A DNA stretch of 64,000 nucleotides from Mycoavidus cysteinexigens (GTDB lineage: Bacteria; Pseudomonadota; Gammaproteobacteria; Burkholderiales; Burkholderiaceae), in contig JASSUI010000002.1 in NCBI GenBank assembly GCA_031963415.1, positions 29,478-93,477 on the forward strand, given 5' to 3'. The number at the start of each line of letters is the position of its first letter. Positions within the stretch are counted from its first letter, which is position 1. Positions 31,442 through 40,228 of this stretch are shown in pieces. The notes below the pieces were generated by a model. It ran no database searches and had not been told where the DNA came from. It worked only from the letters and a program-made list of their open reading frames with translations. Position numbers and translations under genes: made by a program.

Positions 31442-31611
31442 AAAAACCCCTTCAAATTAGACTGAACGTCTAACTTTCGGGGCGCACATCAAATGGACCT
31501 TTTGTGTTTCAAACAGTAGGGTCAACGAAAAATTACTGATGAAACATCCAGCAAACTAACTAAAGCATTTAAAATGCTGACGACGCCCCCCGTTGAATAA
31601 ATAAGCGTTTT

Positions 31612-34600
31612 TTATGAAAAAAGGTTATAGCGCTTAAATAAATTGTAAGAACCTCCTTCCTTTAATTTAGGCTTAGGCACATTTATTCCACCACGCTGTT
31701 TGAGTAAACGCGCATTTCTCTCGCCTTTCTCTCCGATTAACCCTTGCACTTTCTCGCAATTCACGTCATCGAGTACGAGTGATGACACACCAATACTCCA
31801 GACAAGGCGGGCTTCTTCCCCTTTTTGTATTTTAGGGAGGTGCCATAAATTTATAGCATTAGTATCCTCATATGTCACCAGCGCATACCCTTCGCCATAT
31901 GCCGGTTGTTGCCAGACCACTGATCCAATCTTATGCCCCCCTCCTTTAATCACCATCAAGCGAGCACCGCTGTGGACATCCCACACTTGCACAGTTTGAT
32001 CATGACTTGCTGAGGCAATAAATTTTTCATCAGGGGAGAAGCGTACATCATTAATTGGCAAACCATGCCCCTTTAATATCCTTGGCTCCGTTATTGTGCT
32101 TATGTCCCATATACGTATTTTTCCATCACTTCCTCCTGAGACAACACGCCTACCATCGCTAGAAAAATCCACACCAAAAATCTCATAGTCTTCATCTTGC
32201 CTGGCTGAGATTGATATGGGCATACCTTTCTCCAGATCCCATATATATAGTTTCCTATTTTTGCCTACCGAGACAATACGTTTTCCATTTGCAGAAAATT
32301 TTGCACGATAGATATCATTGCCTTTTTCTTGTTTTGGTGAAATCCATATAAGCTTTTCTTTCACTCGATCCCATACACGTATCCTGCCATCTTCGCTTCC
32401 AGAAATAATGTGTCTGCTATCAGCGGAGAATTCTACGTCCCATATTGATACAGAGTTATGTTCATCATTTCTCCATTGCCACAGACGCTCACCGGTTAAG
32501 GTATTCCAGAGCATCAGCGTACCACCTGTATCTGCTGAAACCATGTGCTCCCCATCAGGAGAAAGACACATGCTAAGTACCAATGTATCGGGCAATAACT
32601 CATGTTTTGCAGTACGTTGAAGCTGTGCTGTCTTCGCATCCCAGATACATAACTTGCCATCCTCGTCAGCTGACACGACAATAGACGATCTAAAGGCGGC
32701 CCCTACAGTAAAAGGAACATAGCTATGCTTTTCAATAAGCCTTTGTGAAGGCCGACTTGTATCAACCTCCCAAAGTCTCACTTTATGGTCGGCTATCGAG
32801 GCAGCAAGCTGAGCATCCTGAGACAGAGCGGTAAAATTCATGTCAGCATAGTTTCTGAGTATGCTATCTAATAGATAACCGTTATGCGCATCCCATACCT
32901 TGGCTATCCCTAATTTATCGATAGAAACAATCAGATCATCATTGTCAATAAAGCTTATCCCATGAATAGGGTAAGTATGATCTTTCAAGATATGAATAGG
33001 CTTATCTTCATTAGTACTCAGTATCCACACTGTACCGTCGTAGTCCCCTGAAACAATGCGTTCTCCATCAGCAGAGATATCTAAACATTCCACTCCGTTG
33101 TTCGCGCCTTTCTTGGTAGAAAGTAGCTTGCCAGAATAAGCCTCCCAGATACACACAGTATTATCAAAACTTCCAGAAACAATATATTTTCCATCCGCCG
33201 AGAATTTTGCGCTGGTAGTATCGTCGGTATGGTTAACGAGTGTATGTATAAGCCTGTTCTCAGCAATATCCCAAACGCGCACGGTACAATCTTCACTACC
33301 AGAAACAATATATTTCTCATCCGGGGAAAAATTGATGCTGATAACTCTACCCTGATGTCCCTCGAACGTATCAGTTAATATCCCTTTTTCCAGATCCCAT
33401 ATACATACTTTTTTATCGCTTCCCCCCGAAATAAGACGCTTTTTATCGTAAGAGAAAGCAAAGGCTAAACTTCTCTCTACTTTGTCTTTCAACGTCAGAA
33501 TCTTTCGTCCAGTCGCAACCTGATAGATATCAATTGGCCCTTCTAATAATCCTGCCGCTAACAGAGTACTATCGTGAGAGTATTTTACTGCGCGCACTGC
33601 TTTCTCTTCTCCGATATTAGGCATTTCTCCAAAGTTGATATCAAGTAAATTAGCCTGGCTTAGATCGGCATTACGCAGCCAAACTTGACGGGCTATTACT
33701 CCCTCCAGATCCGCCTCTTTTAAAATGGCATGATCAAATTTTCCAGAACTAATATCTGCGCCAGGAATCTTTATCTTCGCTAAGTCTTCGCCATTAAAAT
33801 CTTTTCCGCTTTGTACAAGTATTGTCATCGTATTAGCGGCAGCTTGCTTTAATTCATTCGTTGCATCTGAGGCTTTAGACGCTTCAATCCACTCACGCAG
33901 ATATTTTGCAAAATTGTCATCTCTTTGCGTATATTCAATTAAGAACGCAAGAATAGCTGGCTCGTTAGTCAAAACAAATTGACTCAGCAAAGCTTGGCCC
34001 TGCTCTATCTGCTTCTTGAGCGGCAGGCTTTTAGACTGCGACCAAATAGCCCGTGCCACAAGATATTCTTGAAGTGATTTATGGACAAAGCGGTACTGTT
34101 GGCCTTGACGTATCAATGGGGCATTTAAAAATAATAAGCGCTTATGGGCATCGCCTTTAAGATAAGGCTCCCACTCTGCAGGCGTGACTAAACCCTCTTC
34201 ATGATGAACAGCTTGGGTTGTACGTGCTTTAGTCAATGACACGGCCATTTCTTGAATAGCGCGAAGAATTCCCGCTTCGAGATTTTTTCCTAATTTATTT
34301 AGCGCTTCCTTCTCTTCAGAGGACAAATTAATATGCTGTAAACGCTCTTGCGCACGCTCCAACCAACATTCGATAAATTTATCGAAAAGTGTGGTTTGTT
34401 TAATATCGGTAATGCCTTCTTGCCCTTTTAAACTTGGTAACACTTCTAAAGCCATCCGCAATAAAAAGGGGCGGCGTATCACTTCTTTTAATGAGGGGAA
34501 CTTGTCTAACGTTGTCAGATAGCGCGTAGTATTCCAGCCTTGGGCTGCACTGTTAGTAGACTCAACATATTTTTCTATATAGTTTTTAATCCAGTTATCA

Positions 34601-37059
34601 GAAATGGGCGCAAGCCAATACTCTTGCACTGTATTTTTTTGATCTCTTGCTTGAAATTGACTGTGATACCTAGGCCCCAAGTACTCTCTACGTGAGCTGA
34701 TAATCAATTTTGATTTTTTCCACAAGGGCAGTTGATTCTTTGTGCTAAACGCTTGGTTACGATCTTCGATTTCGTCAAAACCATCTAAGATAAAAATAAA
34801 TTTCTGGTTTTTACGCAATACCTCAATATCTGTCTCACTGAAACCATGCTTTTGCAAATATTGAGCAATCAAATCTCCATCAAAAGAGGGGCATTCTGCT
34901 AAGCGGATAAACAGCGGAATAGGTTTAGATTTATCTCGACCATAAGCTTTCCACGAAGCGATGGCGAGATGGCGCATAAATGTGGATTTGCCTGAGCCTG
35001 CTTCGCCTAGCAGCAGCAAAACTTTTTTATCAGATTGAAAGAATTCACGCACTTTAGCCAGTAAATCAAAACGCTCTGTTGTGAAGGCACTAGCTTGCGC
35101 TTCTGGGGCAACGTAATGCTTTAACGCATCTTTAATTCCATCTATTTTTAAGCTATCGCGATAATCATTGCGTAATGCTTGAATACCTTCACGGATGGAG
35201 CCAAGCGATTGCTCGTTTGTTTTAACTGCTTTGGTGTTAAGTTGATTAATTTTCTCGCTTAATCTCGCCACTTCTGCTTCAAGCCCTTGCAACTGTACAT
35301 TGCCCTGTTTCACTCTCCGAGTAGTTTGTGCAAAACTCGACTGAATAGATTGTGCTAATTTGGCCTGGGTTAATTTAATGTCTTCCATTTGCGCAGGAAG
35401 CGCTTCAATATTGTTATGCCTTTCCTTTTTCTTCAAAGCAGCAGTCAATAATGTTCTAGCAGGAGCAGTTAGCCAATATGCATGCCAAGCTGGGGGCGCT
35501 TCATCGCTAGGCATCGACTCGGGATTGAAGTTTTGCCATTTTTCAATACGATTAAGCACAGTTTGCGCGTACGCTTTGACTTTTTCGTGATTACCCCAAG
35601 TTGGTTTACCTTTTTGCAAAGCATCAAGGAAACTAATTGCATTCTCCTGGGCGGGTAGCTTGTCGGTCGCATAGGCTATACGCTCAAGGCGATCACATAA
35701 GCCGCGTAGGAAATATTTGTGATACGGCTCTTTACCTTGCTTAGGCGTATTATCAATGATAAATTTCTCGATTAAATCCAGGCGACCCGTGGCTAATGCC
35801 ACGCCTATTACGCCATCTAGTTCACGCAATTGGATGTACCACGATTGTGTTCTACCAGCTGAAGCAATCTGCTTATATTCTTGCCAAAAAGACTGTAACG
35901 CATTCAAAAACAGATCCGGCTTAAAGCCTGCGCTCATGATGGCTAACGGGGTGCTTCCAGGGTGAGTGATGCCTGCCGCAACAAATTTTAAGATCCCGCC
36001 CGCTAAATACAATCCTCCTGCAACAGTCGGGCTCATATGGCGCGTGACTTTATCAAAAAAGGATTCATCGTTAGGGATATGGGCGAGCGCCTGCCTCGCA
36101 TATTTGATAGGCCAGGCAAATTCAGGATGATTTTCAAATCGTTCGAATACTTGTAAAAACCTTTCTTGAATCTGAATTCGTGCTAATCCCTTAACGCCAG
36201 TCGTCACCATTTGATCGAGCAGTAGATTTAGCGTGCGTAGCAAAGCTTGTACTTGCAACGAATTTTGGTCATCAATATGAATGGTTTCTAAAAGTTCAAG
36301 CAATGTCTGAAGCACTCGCACATGATCTCCAGCACGCTGCTCATCTTTGGTTAAATGTGGACGACTAAGCAACAATACCGATAATGCCTCCAATAATTTG
36401 ACATCCAATAAGCTGCTTTTATCGAGCTTCAACGCCTCGAGCATGGCATTCGTGAGAGTACGATGTAATGCCAGATCATCGATCTCTCTTAGTGCTAAAT
36501 ACTCATGAATAACGGAAAGCCCCTTTGAGGATTTGCTAAATTGTTCATTTATTTGCTCTATTTTTTTGAGTAATGCCTGTAGTACCTGATCAGTTAACGC
36601 TGATGAGCAGTTTTCTTGTTTGAAATGCCAGGCAAGATGACGTGTTTCCAGTAGATCTTCAGGTTTTGTTACGGTGGCGTAATTCAGCTGAGGATTAACG
36701 GATATCTGTTCAGAGGTAAAAAAAGAAGGGGTAAAGGATGGCGATTGGCTGAATTGAGCGCGCAAAGTAATCAGTTGATTGGCCTGTTCCATAAAGCCAA
36801 GCGCTTTTGATTCTTCATTGGTTTGGAATAAAACATTGGCGTATCCAAGATAGGCATCAATAAGTGCCTCTTCTATACATTGAGCTTGCGCTATTTTTAT
36901 ACATTGTTGGTATTTATCCGCCGCTTCCCAAAATTTTTGGTTTTTCTCATCTTTTCGGGCCGCTTCTAAAAGATCTTGCGCAGACTTGGCTGCTAGCAAG
37001 GGTTGATGCACGCGACTATCTGACGAATTCGTAGCGCTAACTCTCACTAAGCTAGACAT
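31612..37059 (-). CDS. NLR-like STAND NTPase: helical N-domain, coiled coil, NACHT, pentapeptide repeats and a WD40 array
   Basis: I prefer the ATG at 37059 because the RBS AGGAGGA (37064..37070) precedes it. Walker A is GEAGSGKST (34981..35007), Walker B is FIFILDGFDEI, followed by IISSRREY. Pentapeptide repeats follow (ADISSGKFDHAILKEADLEGVIARQVWLRNADLSQANL). More than 14 WD40 blades follow (VCIWDLEKG, VRVWDIAENR, IRIWDIST). Confidence 0.85.
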   Translation of the reverse strand: MSSLVRVSATNSSDSRVHQPLLAAKSAQDLLEAARKDEKNQKFWEAADKYQQCIKIAQAQCIEEALIDAYLGYANVLFQTNEESKALGFMEQANQLITLRAQFSQSPSFTPSFFTSEQISVNPQLNYATVTKPEDLLETRHLAWHFKQENCSSALTDQVLQALLKKIEQINEQFSKSSKGLSVIHEYLALREIDDLALHRTLTNAMLEALKLDKSSLLDVKLLEALSVLLLSRPHLTKDEQRAGDHVRVLQTLLELLETIHIDDQNSLQVQALLRTLNLLLDQMVTTGVKGLARIQIQERFLQVFERFENHPEFAWPIKYARQALAHIPNDESFFDKVTRHMSPTVAGGLYLAGGILKFVAAGITHPGSTPLAIMSAGFKPDLFLNALQSFWQEYKQIASAGRTQSWYIQLRELDGVIGVALATGRLDLIEKFIIDNTPKQGKEPYHKYFLRGLCDRLERIAYATDKLPAQENAISFLDALQKGKPTWGNHEKVKAYAQTVLNRIEKWQNFNPESMPSDEAPPAWHAYWLTAPARTLLTAALKKKERHNNIEALPAQMEDIKLTQAKLAQSIQSSFAQTTRRVKQGNVQLQGLEAEVARLSEKINQLNTKAVKTNEQSLGSIREGIQALRNDYRDSLKIDGIKDALKHYVAPEAQASAFTTERFDLLAKVREFFQSDKKVLLLLGEAGSGKSTFMRHLAIASWKAYGRDKSKPIPLFIRLAECPSFDGDLIAQYLQKHGFSETDIEVLRKNQKFIFILDGFDEIEDRNQAFSTKNQLPLWKKSKLIISSRREYLGPRYHSQFQARDQKNTVQEYWLAPISDNWIKNYIEKYVESTNSAAQGWNTTRYLTTLDKFPSLKEVIRRPFLLRMALEVLPSLKGQEGITDIKQTTLFDKFIECWLERAQERLQHINLSSEEKEALNKLGKNLEAGILRAIQEMAVSLTKARTTQAVHHEEGLVTPAEWEPYLKGDAHKRLLFLNAPLIRQGQQYRFVHKSLQEYLVARAIWSQSKSLPLKKQIEQGQALLSQFVLTNEPAILAFLIEYTQRDDNFAKYLREWIEASKASDATNELKQAAANTMTILVQSGKDFNGEDLAKIKIPGADISSGKFDHAILKEADLEGVIARQVWLRNADLSQANLLDINFGEMPNIGEEKAVRAVKYSHDSTLLAAGLLEGPIDIYQVATGRKILTLKDKVERSLAFAFSYDKKRLISGGSDKKVCIWDLEKGILTDTFEGHQGRVISINFSPDEKYIVSGSEDCTVRVWDIAENRLIHTLVNHTDDTTSAKFSADGKYIVSGSFDNTVCIWEAYSGKLLSTKKGANNGVECLDISADGERIVSGDYDGTVWILSTNEDKPIHILKDHTYPIHGISFIDNDDLIVSIDKLGIAKVWDAHNGYLLDSILRNYADMNFTALSQDAQLAASIADHKVRLWEVDTSRPSQRLIEKHSYVPFTVGAAFRSSIVVSADEDGKLCIWDAKTAQLQRTAKHELLPDTLVLSMCLSPDGEHMVSADTGGTLMLWNTLTGERLWQWRNDEHNSVSIWDVEFSADSRHIISGSEDGRIRVWDRVKEKLIWISPKQEKGNDIYRAKFSANGKRIVSVGKNRKLYIWDLEKGMPISISARQDEDYEIFGVDFSSDGRRVVSGGSDGKIRIWDISTITEPRILKGHGLPINDVRFSPDEKFIASASHDQTVQVWDVHSGARLMVIKGGGHKIGSVVWQQPAYGEGYALVTYEDTNAINLWHLPKIQKGEEARLVWSIGVSSLVLDDVNCEKVQGLIGEKGERNARLLKQRGGINVPKPKLKEGGSYNLFKRYNLFS

Positions 37060-38312
37060 TTTTCCTCCTATTTGTCTCATTTTTTATAGTGCAGCAGATG
37101 ATTGCTTGCAAAAGATTTCTCTGAATCTTGAAAGGATAGAAGTTTAGCTTGGCTTGTATGGTTTTACTCAGATTTTTACAAGTGAGCTTGAGAGAATCAG
37201 TTTGCTTTACTTAAAAGGATAGGCTTCAGAAGCCAAAAGGAGAGTTTGCCGTTACACAACAAAATAGAGGGAGAGGCCGGCTGGCTAGGTGACACCTATC
37301 TCGCTAGACTTGTCAATATAAAAAATTACTTAATAAATTAAGACAACTAATACATTACACCAAACCAGTTATTTAATTTTATTTATTTAAATAAAAATAT
37401 TTATTTTTTAACCAATTAAAATCAACTATCGCGCCATCCTTTTTGCTGTATTTTTTATTTTAACTTTACTCTGGCCTGCCACTTTCATTTTTCGATAATC
37501 CATATCATTTAAATTAATTACCTCATTTGCTTTAAATGGAATAGGCATTGGTTTTTTTATTTTATTGTTTATTTCATTTTTTCTAATAGCGCAAAACAAT
37601 TTACAAAAATTTTCTACCAATGCAACATCTATCATATCTGATATACGCATAACCTTCCTCCCCTACAACATTAAAACTGCTTGCCACCAGCATAAGCGGA
37701 CATCTATTTTTTGTTGTTATGGATAAGAAAAATTGTTTTGCAAAACGATATTTCCATAGATATGAATTAATTTATTCATCAACTCCAAATAAATTCTCAT
37801 TTTAATTAAGAATTTTAAGTGGTGATTCAAGATAGCGATATTTTTCAACCTATACTTCCTCTTAGAATTTCATAAGAAGCAAAAACGTTTCAAATGTTCG
37901 GCATATATAAACACTGCTCATGCAACGTAACAAAACGCTTTTCGATCGCCACCCTAATGATTTTAATTAATCAAATAAACGCTTCTTTAATAAATTCACA
38001 TATTTTATTTAAATATTTAACTTTTAAAAAAATATTAAAAATTTAGAAACAAAATTAATTTATAGAGCATGCAACATATAATTGAATGATAAATTTTACA
38101 GAGATAAATACATCGAAAATAAGATTTCTTTAATTTCAACCCAAAACAAACTTGACTAATAATTTATGAAATCGCCAAAAAATAAACAATCAACAAACAT
38201 TTTGTTTTTTAAATTGCCGCACTTCTTTTAATAACGGAGGAATTCGCTATCAGTGTGCTTACTGATAGCGGACTTAGATAAGCTGTAGGTAAAAAATCTG
38301 GAATCGACCGCT

Positions 38313-40193
38313 ATGCCTCATGAAAACGATGACCACTCCAACTTTAGCTGGCCACCTCTTCGTTCTGACAAAGATACTGCCTCTATTTCGCCAGTTACCA
38401 GTCACAGCCGCCTGACACAATTCCATGGATGTTTGTCCCACTTAGGAAGTAGCCCAGAGATTAATTCAGTATTAGCCAAAAACAACACTCAGTCACAAGA
38501 GGTTGAAAGGCTAACTAAAGCAGATTCGAGCAAGATAGAAGATACAACTCCATCTCCACATCAGAAGGATGGCTATGACGATCTAATAAAATTATCTATA
38601 AGTTGCTTTGAACACACGCAGTCTCTTCGTCACAAGGCTGATGAGCAAAAACAAGTTAATTCTTCATCAACTCGGCAGAGCACTCAATCTGTCATGTACG
38701 TACTAAGAAAGCGCGTTTTTGCAGAAGCTCACAAAGCTGGATACGGGAAGAAGGATAAAGACAACATTGTTAGATTAATGTTGCTGAAAGACGGCTCTCT
38801 CACAAAAGAAATCGATAAGCATCTTAAAGCTGAAATTTATCGAAACCACTTGAGTGCTGTAAAACATTTGCTAAACAGAGTACAGGCGCAGGAAGATTCA
38901 ATTCGAGATAAGGACAAGCGTCAAGAATACAGCAGATTGCTCAAGGAGCATAAAGCAAAGCTTGATGAGTACCGAGAAGCGTATGCTCAATATCGTACGG
39001 AAATTAGGCAACAAAGCCTAAAGCGGAAATATTACCCTCTAATTGGTGAGGGATTTAAATGTGGATTTGAACCAGAGCAGTTAATCAGCATTTTATTCCT
39101 CAAGCATCGAGATAGCATTCAATATGTCACTGCTGCCGAGATTGTTTCTACTTTTCCCAAAAACAAAATAGTAGAATTTCAACAAGAAGCCCCCGCATTC
39201 CAGGAAAAACGATTGGAATATGAAAAGCTAATTAAAGAAAATAAAAAAGAGCTTGATGAATGCCAGAGAGCATATCGTCAATATAAAAAAGAATCTGTTC
39301 AAAAGAGTATAGAGGGGAGATATTACTCTTTTGTCGAGGAATTATTTAAATGTGGTTTCGAGAGCGAGAAAGTAATCGACCTTTTATTTTTGAGGTACAA
39401 AATTAGCATTCAATATGTAACTGCTGCTACCGTGGTTTTAAATTTTCCAAAAGACAAAATAGCCGTACTTCAGCAGCAAGCACCAGCATTCCAAGAAAAT
39501 CGAATAGTGTATGAAAGATTAATTAAAGAAAATGAAAAAGAGCTTGATGAATGCCGACGAACATATCTTCGGCATAAGAAGGAAACTATCCAAAGGAGCC
39601 GAGAATCTAAATATTATCCTCTTGTCGAAGAAGGATTTAGATGCGGTCTCAAGGCAGCGCAAATAATTAGCATTTTATTTCTTAAGTATAAAGAGAGTAT
39701 TAAATATTCCACCGCAGTTAGCACCGTTCGCACTTTTCCCAAAGACAAAATAGCTGCATTTCAGCAGCAAGCACCAGCATTTCGAGAAAAGCAATTAGAA
39801 TATGAAAAGCTAATTGAAGAAAATAAGCAAGAACTTGAAAGGTGTCGACGAGCGTTTTCCCAAGATCAATTGAAAATTAAGAAACGAGGCCGAGAGCAAA
39901 AGCATTATCCTTTGATTGAAGAAGGATTTAAATGCGGACTCGACTCAAAGCAAATAATCGATATTCTATGTCTTAAAAATAAACTGAAATATTCAGGCGC
40001 TATCGGAATAGTTTCTTCTTTTCCAAAAAGTAAGATAGATGTACTTCAGAAAGAAGCCCCTGCACTCCAAGAAAAGCGAGCAGAATATGAAAAATTAATT
40101 AAAGAAAATAAAGAAGAACTCGATAATATGAAACAAGCCTATAAAAAAATGAGGCAAACGCACTATAAAAACAGCATGGATAGGCTAAAATAA
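38313..40193 (+). CDS. Hypothetical protein with 4.4 tandem 97-aa repeats
   Basis: The 626-aa protein is K/E/Q-rich and AT-rich at the nucleotide level. See the repeat feature below. Confidence 0.7.
   Translation: MPHENDDHSNFSWPPLRSDKDTASISPVTSHSRLTQFHGCLSHLGSSPEINSVLAKNNTQSQEVERLTKADSSKIEDTTPSPHQKDGYDDLIKLSISCFEHTQSLRHKADEQKQVNSSSTRQSTQSVMYVLRKRVFAEAHKAGYGKKDKDNIVRLMLLKDGSLTKEIDKHLKAEIYRNHLSAVKHLLNRVQAQEDSIRDKDKRQEYSRLLKEHKAKLDEYREAYAQYRTEIRQQSLKRKYYPLIGEGFKCGFEPEQLISILFLKHRDSIQYVTAAEIVSTFPKNKIVEFQQEAPAFQEKRLEYEKLIKENKKELDECQRAYRQYKKESVQKSIEGRYYSFVEELFKCGFESEKVIDLLFLRYKISIQYVTAATVVLNFPKDKIAVLQQQAPAFQENRIVYERLIKENEKELDECRRTYLRHKKETIQRSRESKYYPLVEEGFRCGLKAAQIISILFLKYKESIKYSTAVSTVRTFPKDKIAAFQQQAPAFREKQLEYEKLIEENKQELERCRRAFSQDQLKIKKRGREQKHYPLIEEGFKCGLDSKQIIDILCLKNKLKYSGAIGIVSSFPKSKIDVLQKEAPALQEKRAEYEKLIKENKEELDNMKQAYKKMRQTHYKNSMDRLK
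38922..40193 (+). repeat. Tandem 291-bp (97-aa) coding repeats
   Basis: The unit is LEYEKLIKENKKELDECQRAYRQYKKE...YYPLVEEGFKCG(F/L)..EQIISILFLKYK.SI.Y.TA..V..FPKDKI...QQQAPAFQEKR. It occurs four times, followed by a truncated fifth copy. Confidence 0.85.
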
Positions 40194-40228
40194 AATGTGT
40201 GGTAGGATTGAAGACTGGCGCGCGCAGA

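Larger units (their letters stand above)
30030..31491 (-). mobile_element. IS3-family element
   Basis: Terminal IRs are TGATGTGCGCCCCGGAAGTTGGAC and TGATGTGCGCCCCGAAAGTTAGAC. A 3-bp direct repeat AAT flanks the element, which is 1462 bp long. Confidence 0.9.

Noticed and set aside
37426-37650. A 74-aa ORF in the AT-rich intergenic region.
   Set aside because: It is K/N/I-rich, as expected from translating A/T tracts. No RBS or motif is present.
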